Assembly: GCA_963704725.1 (NCBI GenBank)
Contig: OY969934.1
Coordinates: forward strand, 352,001 to 416,000
Reading direction: 5' to 3'
Origin: an uncultured Actinomycetes bacterium
GTDB lineage: Bacteria > Actinomycetota > UBA4738 > HRBIN12
DNA length: 64,000 nucleotides
Shown here: in pieces, positions 30,185-39,445 of the stretch
Layout of the letters: every line of letters begins with the position of its first letter
How positions within the stretch are numbered: the first letter of the stretch is position 1
Program-made: the position numbers and the translations under genes
The notes under the pieces: generated by a model
What the model was told of the DNA's origin: nothing
What the model saw: only the letters and a program-made list of their open reading frames with translations
The model's database searches: none

Positions 30185-31402
30185 ATGCCGGAGCTGATCA
30201 GGGTCTACGGGGCCAGCTGGTGCCCCGACTGTCGTCGAGCCAAACGGTTCCTCGGCGACCAGCGCGTCCCGTTCGAGTGGCACGACATCGAGGTCGATCC
30301 CGACGGCGTTCGGGTCGTCCAGGAGCGCAACAACGGGAACAACATCATCCCGACGATCGTCTTCCCAGACGGCACGCACCTCGCCGAGCCCACGAACGAG
30401 CAGCTCGCCGAGAAGATCGGCCTCGAGCGCGCCGCGATGATGCACGTCTACGACCTCATCGTCATCGGGGGCGGCCCGGCCGGTCTCACCACCTCGATCT
30501 ACGCGGCGCGCGAGAACCTCCGGACGCTCGTGATCGACAGCAAGGGCCTCGGCGGCCAGGCCGGTGTCACCGAGCGCCTGGACAACTACCCAGGCTTCCC
30601 CGAGGGCATCGGCGGCGCCGAGCTGGCCGACCGCATCGTCAAGCAGGCGCGCCGCTACGGGGTGGAGATGCTCCAGGCGGTCTCGGTCACGCAGGTCTCG
30701 AGCGACGGCGAGCAGGTCGACGTCGAGACCGCGACCGGCGACCACTACCACGCCCGCGCCGCGCTCCTGGCCACCGGCTCCTCCTACCGACGCACGGGTG
30801 CGCCCGGCGAGGCGGACCTGATCGGCGCCGGCGTCCACTTCTGCGCCACGTGCGACGGCCCCTTCTACAAGGGGGCGGAGCAGCTCGTCGTCCTGGGCGG
30901 CGGCAACAGCGGGCTCGAGGAGGGACTGTTCCTCACCCAGTTCGCGGATCGGGTGACGATCGTCCAGCGCGGGGATCGCCTGACGGCCGGCAAGCTGCTC
31001 CAGGACAAGGTGAGCCGGCATCCCAAGATGGAGGTGCTGCTGAACCGCGAGGTCGTGGAGTTCCGGCCGAAAGGGGACGGGAGCGGCAAGCTCGGCGCCA
31101 TGGTGCTGCGGCGCTCCGAGACCGGGGAGACCGAGGAGCTCCACCCGGCGGCCGCCTTCGTCTTCATCGGTCTGGACGCGAACACCGGGTTCGTGAAGGG
31201 CGTCGTCGACCTGGACGAGCGGGGGCTCATCGTCACCGGCATGGGGTGCTCGACCAGCATGCCGGGCGTCTTCGCCGCGGGGGACGTCCGGGCCGGCTCG
31301 ACGAAGCAGCTGGCCTCGGCCGTCGGCGAGGGGGCCGCCGCCGCCATCGCCATCCGTCAGTACCTCGAGGCCCAGGAGGCCAAGCCCGTCCACACGATGT
31401 GA
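30185..31402 (+). CDS. Glutaredoxin/mycoredoxin-like domain fused to thioredoxin reductase
   Basis: N-terminal WCPDC and IPT cis-Pro motif; GGGPAG, NYPGF, CATCDG, GGGNSG, FAAGDVR. Confidence 0.92.
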   Translation: MPELIRVYGASWCPDCRRAKRFLGDQRVPFEWHDIEVDPDGVRVVQERNNGNNIIPTIVFPDGTHLAEPTNEQLAEKIGLERAAMMHVYDLIVIGGGPAGLTTSIYAARENLRTLVIDSKGLGGQAGVTERLDNYPGFPEGIGGAELADRIVKQARRYGVEMLQAVSVTQVSSDGEQVDVETATGDHYHARAALLATGSSYRRTGAPGEADLIGAGVHFCATCDGPFYKGAEQLVVLGGGNSGLEEGLFLTQFADRVTIVQRGDRLTAGKLLQDKVSRHPKMEVLLNREVVEFRPKGDGSGKLGAMVLRRSETGETEELHPAAAFVFIGLDANTGFVKGVVDLDERGLIVTGMGCSTSMPGVFAAGDVRAGSTKQLASAVGEGAAAAIAIRQYLEAQEAKPVHTM

Positions 31403-31418
31403 ACCCAAGGAGCGCGTC

Positions 31419-31622
31419 GTGAACCCCAAGGAGATCTTCGAGCTGATCGTGAAGGCCGACGAGAAGCTGAAGTACGCGACCGCCGGCAAGCAGGACGTCC
31501 GGCGGCAGCAGGCGATCGACCTGCTGAAGCAGGCGCGGGCCTCGGCCGTGGAGATCGGGAACGACCCGCTGGTGCAGCAGGCCGACACGCGGCTGGCCGA
31601 CCTGGGTGAGTCGTCGTCGTGA
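31419..31622 (+). CDS. Small helical hypothetical protein (67 aa)
   Basis: AAGGAG RBS, GTG start, strong GC3 codon bias, GTGA overlap with the next gene. Confidence 0.75.
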   Translation: MNPKEIFELIVKADEKLKYATAGKQDVRRQQAIDLLKQARASAVEIGNDPLVQQADTRLADLGESSS

Positions 31623-33809
31623 CCGAACGCCGTCCCACCCCGCTCGACCCCACTCCCGAGCCGCGTCCTGAGGAAGCCTCCGGCGACGAGAAGGCCTACC
31701 CGCCCGAGCTCGGCACCGACGCGATCGCGATCCTCGAGGGTCGGACGTTCATGTTCTCGAACTCGGCGGGCGACATCCCGCCGGGCTCGACCGGCGGCCT
31801 GCTCCACGACGACACCCGCTTCGTCTCGTGCTGGGAGCTGACGCTGAACGGCCGTCCGCTCTCGGTCCTGAAGTCGAGCGTCGTCGACTACTACTCGGCC
31901 GCGTTCTTCCTCACGAACCCCGAGCTCCCCGGCCTGCGCCCGAACAGCCTGACGATCCGCCGCTTCCGGTTCGTCGGCGGCGGCGTCCACGAGCAGATCG
32001 CGGTCTACAACCCCTCCGCCGAGCCGGTGCGCTTCGAGCTCCGGCTCTCGGTCGGCGCGGACTTCGCCGACCTGTTCGAGGTCAAGAGCGCGGTGCGCGA
32101 CCGCAGCGCGAGCATCGACGTCGAGCACGACCCGGACGAGCGAACGCTGCACTTCCACTACGAGGTGCCCGGCTTCCTCGCCGAGACCAACGTGCGCGTG
32201 GCCCGCAGCCGGGTCGCCGAGGGGATCGACGGCACGGGGCCGAGCGTTCCCGCGCTTCCCGAGGTCGACGGCGACGGGTTCGTCTGGCGGATCGAGCTGG
32301 GGCCGCGGAAGCTCCTCGACGCGCTCGTGCGCGCCACCGTCCGCGTGAACGAGACCGTGCTCGAGCCGATGCACCAGGACTTCGGCGACCAGCAGCAGCT
32401 CTCCGAGGGCGCGCTCACGAGCTGGCTCTCCGAGGTCCCGCGGTTCGAGTCCGACAGCGCGCTGCTGAAGGGCGTGCTCGACAAGTCGGTGGTCGACCTC
32501 GCCGCCCTGCGGATCGAGGGCGAGCTCGGCGGGGAGCGGTACGTGCTCCCGGCCGCCGGTCTGCCGTGGTTCATGACGCTGTTCGGTCGCGACACGCTCA
32601 TCACGGCGTTGCAGACCGTCGGCATCGGACCCGACCTCGCGCGCGGGGCGCTCCACCTGCTCGGCGCGCTCCAGGGGACGAAGGTCGACGACTTCCGCGA
32701 CGAGGAGCCCGGCAAGATCCTGCACGAGATCCGGCAGGGCGAGCTCACCGTGCTCGGCGAGAAGCCGCACAGCCCGTACTACGGGACCGCCGACGCGACG
32801 CCGTTGTACGTGATCCTGATGTCGGCGTACTGGCGGTGGACCGGCGACGACACGTTCGTCCGGGCCCGCTGGCCGGTGGTGCTCGCGGCGCTCGAGTGGA
32901 TCGACCGCTTCGGCGACCGCGACGGCGACGGCTTCATCGAGTACCAGACGCGCTCGTCGCAGGGTCTCGGCAACCAGTGCTGGAAGGACTCGTGGGACGG
33001 CGTGCAGTTCGCCGACGGGCGGATCCCCTACCTGCCGATCGCGACGTGCGAGCTGCAAGGCTATGCGTACGACGCCAAGCTCCGGGCGGCCGAGCTCGCC
33101 GAGCGGCTCATGGGCGACCCGGCACTCGCCGACCGGCTCCGCAAGGAGGCCGAGGTCCTTCGCGACCGGTTCAACGACGTGTTCTGGAGCGAGGCGCGGG
33201 GCGGCTACTTCGTGCTCGGCCTCGACGGCGACAAGCGCCCGATCGACTCGATGACCTCGAACATGGGTCACCTGCTGTGGTCGGGGATCGTGCCCGAGGA
33301 CCGCGCCGAGCGGGTGGCCTCACACCTGATGTCGGAAGCGATGTTCTCGGGCTGGGGCGTGCGAACGCTGTCGAGCGACGACGCCGGCTACAACCCGATC
33401 GGCTACCACGTCGGGACGATCTGGCCCCACGACAACGCGATCGTCGCGATGGGCCTCGAGCGCCACGGCTTCCGCGACGAGGCGAACCGCATCTGCCTCG
33501 CCCAGCTCGAGGCCGCGGGTTTCTCGAGCTTCCGCCTGCCCGAGGCCTTCGCCGGCCTCCACCGCGCGTTCGGCCGGTTCCCTGTGCCCTATCCGACCGC
33601 GTGCAGCCCACAGGCGTGGGCGACCGGCGCGCCGTTCCTGTTCCTCAAGGTGATGCTCGGCCTCGACGCGAGCGACGGAGAGGTGACGATCGACCCCCGC
33701 GTGCCCGAAGGAGATCGGCCGCGTGTTCGTGCACGGCCTCCACGCCTTCGGCACCCACTGGGACGTGGAGGCTCACGGCTCCAACGGCCACGTCCGTCTG
33801 ACTCACTAA
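31619..33809 (+). CDS. Amylo-alpha-1,6-glucosidase / glycogen debranching family protein; frameshift near 33710
   Basis: DTRFVS, DFADLFEVK, AAGLPWFMTLFGRD, EPGKILHE, YYGTADAT, NQCWKDS, YH.G.IWPHD, RLPEAF, ACSPQAWA; alternative frame ends HGLHAFGTHWDV...LTH* at 33809. Confidence 0.92.
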
Positions 33810-33865
33810 GCGCGGGCGTTCAAAGGCGGCATAGCACGCCTCGTCACGCGGCCTCAGCCCTCCGC

Positions 33866-34546
33866 TCAGTCCTCGACAATCCACAGCATGGAACCAGGGA
33901 GCATGCCCGATAGCATCGATTCAAGGTCATGAAGACCTCGACTCAGGGTATAGCTCAACTCGGCATCGGATAGTCCGGTGGTGTCCCGCTGCTCCTGAAT
34001 GACCTGGCCAATCACGTCGCGGATAGCTGCCGCGTCGTTTGTGAGTCTCGCCAAGAGCCCCTGAGCAACTTCGGTGCTCAGCCATCCACCCTGCAGCCAG
34101 TGCTTGCACTGGTCGGCGACGGGAGCTACCCACGTGGCGTGCTTTGCGAAGAACGTCTCGAGTGGAGCCCCTCGGAGTGTCATCTCTACTGTGCCGCGCT
34201 CCCAGCCTGCGACTCGGAGTAGCTCCGCGAGTAGGAAGGAGCGAGCCCGTATGCCACCCGCAGGTACACAATGGCTCACCAGGACAACCAGCAGGCGTGC
34301 TGCCGCCGCACGCTCCGAACCGAAGTCGATGGAGGGTGGGTGCACTATCAGGTCCCACAGTTCTGTGTCTGCGGGGTCGAGGCGCGTGAGTGTGAGCTGA
34401 TCGCGCCTCCTGGGATCCGACCTCACTGTTCCGACGAATTTGGCGACGTCTCCCGTGAGAAGATCGTCGAGACGCCGCACTCCGGCAAGAGCACCCTCTA
34501 CCTCGGCGACGTCAAGGCGCCAACACCTGTGCTCAATGGCCATCAT
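33866..34546 (-). CDS. Hypothetical protein, probable immunity protein of the RHS toxin
   Basis: Lower GC; ATGA overlap with the toxin stop codon; no recognisable family. Confidence 0.65.
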   Translation of the reverse strand: MMAIEHRCWRLDVAEVEGALAGVRRLDDLLTGDVAKFVGTVRSDPRRRDQLTLTRLDPADTELWDLIVHPPSIDFGSERAAAARLLVVLVSHCVPAGGIRARSFLLAELLRVAGWERGTVEMTLRGAPLETFFAKHATWVAPVADQCKHWLQGGWLSTEVAQGLLARLTNDAAAIRDVIGQVIQEQRDTTGLSDAELSYTLSRGLHDLESMLSGMLPGSMLWIVED

Positions 34547-35118
34547 GGCTTCCCGCACAGCTCGTTGACTTCGATCCCACGTAGATCGCGTTGCGTCCTT
34601 CCGTACTTGGAGAGGATTGTACTTGTGTCCCCAACGCAGTTGATCGACCAGTGCCCTGGGCCGAACTCCGGTGTGAACGTTGCGGCGCAGCTCGGCGGCA
34701 ACCCAGAGACTGGCGCCGTGGTCCCGGGGAATCGAAGAGCGACGCTGAGCCTGAAAGGAACCAGGCACGGTTTGCTGGTGCCCTGAAAGGGTCGCTCCAT
34801 GGTTGAGACGCCATCGGGACCGGGCCGGAAGGACGCAGGAGACAATGCAAGTCCAGACTGACATCCGGGGTTTCCATCGACTCCGCGGTAGGTAACTATC
34901 AGCTCGCCACCCTCATCAACGTCAACAGGTCCCGGGAGCTCAACCGTCGGAGTGGGCTCAGGTTGTGGAGGGGTCTGTGGACAGGCGCCTGCAGCCGCGG
35001 ATGGGTTGCCACCCGCACTACACTCCGCCTGCGTCGCCGCACCAGATGAGCCGCCGATATGGATGCGCTCTGAGAGTTGATTCACCAGCGCCCTGCAATC
35101 CGCGTCGATCCAGCAATC
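34543..35118 (-). pseudogene. C-terminal toxin region of the RHS protein, separated from the core by an IS
   Basis: DCWIDADCRAL...PQPEPTP linker...IVTYRG...DGVST...GPGHWSI...CGKP*; rejoins the core in frame if the IS is removed. Confidence 0.75.
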
Positions 35119-36130
35119 GGGTCTGCCAGGTTTGGTTGACTCGCGGGGTTGACGGCTTTCAGGCCGCATAGGCGACCTCGTGCACGGCTTCGAACTCGAT
35201 CGGGGTGAGCTTGCCGAGGGCCCGCTGACGGCGCCGGCGGTGGTAGGTGCGTTCGATCCAAGTGACGATCGCCAGGCGGAGCTCGTCTCTGGTCTGCCAG
35301 CGCCCCGGTCCAGGACGTTCCTCTGCAGCAGGGCGAAGAACGACTCCATGGCGGCGTTGTCGGCGCAGGTCCCGGTGCGACCCATCGACCCGATGAGGCC
35401 GTGGTTCCTCAGCAGACGCACGAACTTCCCGGAGCGGAACTGACTGCCGCGGTCCGAGTGGACCAGCGTGCCGGCAGGGCTCCGCAGGCCGATCGCGCCT
35501 CGGAGCGCGGCCACGGCCAGAGAAGCCTTCATCCGGTGGTCCATCGAGTAGCCGACGATGCGACCGGAGAAGGCGTCCTTGATCGCACAGAGGTAGAGCT
35601 TGCCCTCCGCCGTCGGGTGCTCGGTGATGTCGGTGAACCACAGCTCGTTCGGCCTGCGGGCACCGAACGCACGGCGGACCAGGTCGTCGTGCACCGGCTC
35701 TCCGGGCCTGGGCCTTCGTCCCTTCTTGCGGGCGAGCACCGAGAAGATGCCGTGCGCGCTGCACAGACGGTGCACCCGGTTCTCGCTGGCGGTGATGCCG
35801 CGCTCGGCGACGAGCTCGTCGGTGATGAACCGGTAGCCGAAGGCCGGATCATCGGCGTGGATCTGCAGGGCGGCGTCGACCAGGTGGGCGTCGGACCAGT
35901 CCCTGGTGCTGACCGGGTTCGCCTTCCACTTGTGATAGGCCTGCGGCGAGAAGCCGAGCACCCGGCAGGTCACCGTGACGGGGATCCCGTCTGCGGCAAG
36001 CTCGCGGACCAGCGGGTACATCATTTTGGGTTGACGCCCTGCCCGAGGTAGACGGCGGCCCGGCGGAGCACCTCGTTCTCCTGCTCGAGCAGCCGGTTGC
36101 GCTTTCGCAGCTCGCGGATCTCCGCATCCT
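35119..36130 (-). mobile_element. IS3-family element, left part deleted (orfA C-terminal remnant plus orfB DDE domain), flanked by GAT direct repeats
   Basis: AEIRELRKRNRLLEQENEVLRRAA; WFTDITEH, HSDRGSQF, DNAAMESFF; ends GCAGACCC; GAT at both junctions. Confidence 0.9.
35159..36024 (-). CDS. IS3 OrfB transposase (frameshift near 35305)
   Basis: MMYPLVRELAADG...PNELWFTDITE...HSDRGSQF...ESFF / WIERTYHRRRRQRALGKLTPIEFE. Confidence 0.9.
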
Positions 36131-36953
36131 ATCCATGAGAAAGACGAGAATCCAGATTCCCGCCAAGACGAGGGCAAGTACAGGAACAAACCACGGAGAG
36201 GTCCCGGTCACAACGCCGAGGACCAACAACATCGATTCCACTGCTGACTCGACACCCGCCGTGAAGAGTGTCGCCACGATCCAGGGTCCGAGAAATGGAC
36301 TGCCCGCGAGGTGGCCCGTTGGATCCGTCCAGGTCGTCGGATCGTTGGCAACGTACGCGTAGACGCTATAGCCCTGCGTGCCAGGGGCATTCGGAATCAG
36401 GGTGTCGGCCGAGAGCATCCGGCCAGTAGCCGGATCGTACGTTCGCGCCCGAAGGTCGACGAGGCCCGTGGCATCCGTCGGCTCACCAGTGAACCCGAAC
36501 AGGCCGTCCAGGCCGGACACCGCCCGCGGGGCGCCGAACGCGTCGTATGAGGTCGACCCGACCAGGGTGCCGGAGTCGTCGGTCATGCCGCGCACCGAGT
36601 CCAACCGATCCCCGAGCGGGAAGCTCGGCTGAGAGCCCGAGACGCCCTCAAGGACGCCGTGCGCGTGGAGGTATCGGCTCGTCCCGTCGCCGACCACTGA
36701 GGGCAGGCCGCCCTCGCGGTCGAGCAAGAACGAAGCGTCCACGCCGTCGACGGTCGCGCCGACGCGGATTCCGTCGCCGTCGTACGTGTATGTGGCGGAG
36801 TGATCGCCGATCTCGGCCGAGGTGAGCCGAGAGGCGTCATCCCATGCAAACGAATCCGAGCCCGCGACGATGAGGTTCCCCGCCTGGTCGTAGGAGTACG
36901 AGGCGCCGCCGACGGATGTGAGCTCGCCGGCCACGTCGTAGGCGTAGCTCGTT
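36131..36953 (-). pseudogene. RHS/YD-repeat protein core, 5'-truncated by an IS
   Basis: YAYDVAGEL, YSYDQAGNL, YTYDGDG, YDAFG, FGFTGE, LRARTYDPATGR, YAYVANDPTTWTDPTG followed by two hydrophobic segments. Confidence 0.93.
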
Positions 36954-37024
36954 TGTGGTGCGTCATGATTTCTTGGACACACGGAAGTGTGATGAGATGA
37001 ATCCTCCGAGAAGGGAATGGCGCC

Positions 37025-37357
37025 GTGGGACGCAAGCCGTTCAAGACCCCCGAGGAGAAGCTCGCGATCGTCCTCAGCGTGCTGCGCGGCGAGATGACAC
37101 AGGTCGAGGCCGGTCGGCGCCTGCAGATGAGCCAAACGACGATCGCCAAGTGGCAGAAGCAGTTCCTCCAAGGCGGCCACGAGGCCCTCGCCCGGGGCGA
37201 CAACGCCACCGGCCCCGCGTCCAGGCGTGAGGACGAGCTGCAGTCTCAGGTCGACGAGCTGCAACAAGCACTCGGTGAGGCCTACGTCGAGCTTCGGGTC
37301 TGGCGCAAAGGGGGGGATCTCTACCCGGCTTCGAGGACCTCGAGGCGATCCGGATAG
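37025..37357 (+). CDS. IS3 OrfA (HTH + leucine zipper)
   Basis: EEKLAIVLSVLRGE...TIAKWQKQFL...LQSQVDELQQALGE. Confidence 0.88.
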   Translation: MGRKPFKTPEEKLAIVLSVLRGEMTQVEAGRRLQMSQTTIAKWQKQFLQGGHEALARGDNATGPASRREDELQSQVDELQQALGEAYVELRVWRKGGDLYPASRTSRRSG

Positions 37358-37371
37358 CCGCCCAGATCCCC

Positions 37372-38271
37372 GTGCGGCGCTTCTGTGCCCGACTCGGGTT
37401 GCCACACTCGACCTGGTACTACTGGCGCCGGCGCCACCGAGAAGGCGGGGTTGTTCGCCGCTGGCCCGCCCCGGTGGTCGATCGGATCGAGGCTGCTGCC
37501 GCCGAAAAGGCCGAGGCACACTCAGCATGGGGTCACCGCAAGATCGCCGCGATGCTGAAGGCCGACGGGGTGGCGGTGTCCCCCTCATCGGTGGAACGAG
37601 CGCTCAGACGCCGCGGTCTGCTGCTTCCGGCCCGCTACCTGCAGGACCGAAGGGAAAACGCCAAGCGACGCAAGGAGCGGTTCCTCGTGCCTCCCACGAG
37701 GCGCAACCGTGTGTGGCAGATGGACTTCTCGCGCTTCGAGACCACCGCCGGCGGGACCTGGAACATCTCCGCGGTCGTGGACTACGCCACCAAGTGCTGC
37801 TTGGCCGCTCCCATCACGGGAACCCAGGGGGCGCGCGATGCGGTGAGCGCCTTGCAGGCCGCGATCGATGCGGCCGAGGAGCTGCTCGGACACCCTCTGC
37901 TCCAGGACTGCGTCGATCCCGAGACCGGTGAGATCGAGCATCTGACGATCGTGACCGACAACGGACCCGCCTACAAGTCCGATGCCTTCATGCGCTTCTT
38001 CATGGCCCGCCCCGAGCTCGAGCACGTGCGAACGCGCCACTACACCCCGGGACAGAACGGCGTCGTGGAGCGGTTCTACCGCACGCTCAAGTACGAGCAT
38101 CTCTACCGCCTGGAGATCCGCGACGCGATCGAGCTGGACGAGCAGGTGCAGTTCCATCGCCGCGTCTACAACCAGATCCGGCCCCACGAAAGCCTCGGGC
38201 AGGTCACGCCGATGTCCGTGCACCTCGCCGAGCCCAACCTATCTGAGGCAGGAGGTGTCCAGGAAAGTTGA
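37372..38271 (+). CDS. IS3 OrfB integrase-core transposase
   Basis: WGHRKI, NRVWQMDF, TDNGPAY, NGVVERF..TLKYE, YNQIRPHESL. Confidence 0.92.
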   Translation: MRRFCARLGLPHSTWYYWRRRHREGGVVRRWPAPVVDRIEAAAAEKAEAHSAWGHRKIAAMLKADGVAVSPSSVERALRRRGLLLPARYLQDRRENAKRRKERFLVPPTRRNRVWQMDFSRFETTAGGTWNISAVVDYATKCCLAAPITGTQGARDAVSALQAAIDAAEELLGHPLLQDCVDPETGEIEHLTIVTDNGPAYKSDAFMRFFMARPELEHVRTRHYTPGQNGVVERFYRTLKYEHLYRLEIRDAIELDEQVQFHRRVYNQIRPHESLGQVTPMSVHLAEPNLSEAGGVQES

Positions 38272-38483
38272 CGCGGAACACTCCTCCCTAGGAGCCGCTG
38301 AGCCCCGCTGGTTGTCTCCCAGAAGACGGCCAACTCAGCCGACCACGGAACGGCCCCGCACATCCACGGACGAGGGTCCCGGATGGAGTGGGACCTCCGA
38401 GGCAGGAGCGGAGTCGTTTCTGGGACCCGGCCCATCGAGGAGGACATTGGGCGACCGCGGCATTCGGTGCGGTCCGCGTTCAC

Positions 38484-38735
38484 CTATCGATCCGAGCGCC
38501 AGCTTCGGAACGCCTCGAGCAGCGCATCCCGGAGCTCGGGCGGGATCTGGTCCTCGGCCAGCATCCCCGTCAGCCGGATCGTCGTCCGCACCTGCTCGAG
38601 ATACGCGGTGCAACCTGCGCACGAAGCGAGGTGCGCCTCGACCGAGGCGCGCTCGTCGTCCTTGAGCGCCCCCTCGAGGTAGTCCGTGACGAGCTCGACG
38701 AGGTCCTGGCAGTCCATCTCGGCGGGCGAGCTCAT
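38484..38735 (-). CDS. Cytoplasmic zf-HC2 (ZAS) anti-sigma factor
   Basis: CQDLVELVTDYLEG...HLASCAGC; overlaps the sigma stop. Confidence 0.92.
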   Translation of the reverse strand: MSSPAEMDCQDLVELVTDYLEGALKDDERASVEAHLASCAGCTAYLEQVRTTIRLTGMLAEDQIPPELRDALLEAFRSWRSDR

Positions 38736-39394
38736 GCCGCCCCCTCCTCGAGGTAGCCCTCGATCGCGCGACGCACCTTGGAGCGCGCGCGATGCAGGAG
38801 CACCCGTTGATTCGTCTCGGACAGGTCGAGGGCGTTACACACCTCCTGCGACGTCCAGCCGAGCACGTCGCGGAGCCGGATGACCTCACGCTGGCTCGGC
38901 GGGAGGCCGTCGATCGCCGCGGCCACCTGCGCGAGGGTCTCGTTCGACAGGAGCCGCGACTCGGGCACCGTCTCCCACGAGGCCGGCTCGGACGCCCAGT
39001 GCCTCGGCCAAGGCTCGCGGTCGGAGGAGAGGAACCGGTCGGGGTCGACCGCCGGCTCGCTCTCGGCGTCGGGGGCCCAGACGGAGGAGAACGGGACGCT
39101 CCGCGCCTCGCGCTGTCCCCGGGTCTTCGCCGTATTCACGAGGATGCGGAAGATCCACGTCCGCAGCGACGAGCGGCCCTCGAACCCGCCGAGCCCACGC
39201 AGGACGCCGACCCAGGCGTCCTGGACGACCTCCTCGGCGGTCGCACGCGTCGAGACGTACATCCGGGCGATCCGCAACATGGCGGGCTGGTAGCGCTCGA
39301 CGAGCATCATGAACGCGGTCTCGTCCCCGGCGCGGAGCGCGGCGACGAGCTCGAGGTCTTCGTGGGAGGCGGGTCGCGTGGCGGGCGTGGTCAC
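38732..39394 (-). CDS. ECF RNA polymerase sigma factor
   Basis: GDETAF, AEEVVQDAW, FEGRSSLRTWIFRI, NQRVLLHRAR. Confidence 0.93.
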   Translation of the reverse strand: MTTPATRPASHEDLELVAALRAGDETAFMMLVERYQPAMLRIARMYVSTRATAEEVVQDAWVGVLRGLGGFEGRSSLRTWIFRILVNTAKTRGQREARSVPFSSVWAPDAESEPAVDPDRFLSSDREPWPRHWASEPASWETVPESRLLSNETLAQVAAAIDGLPPSQREVIRLRDVLGWTSQEVCNALDLSETNQRVLLHRARSKVRRAIEGYLEEGAA

Positions 39395-39445
39395 GGGCGA
39401 GGCATAGCACGGGCCCGAGGGTTCTGCATCGGCGACGGGGAAGGC

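Larger units (their letters stand above)
36954..38280 (+). mobile_element. Complete IS3-family element (1327 bp)
   Basis: TG...CA ends; imperfect IRs TGTggtGCGTCAtgaTTTCtTGGACAC versus TGTtccGCGTCAacTTTCcTGGACAC; orfA and orfB in -1 phase. Confidence 0.92.
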
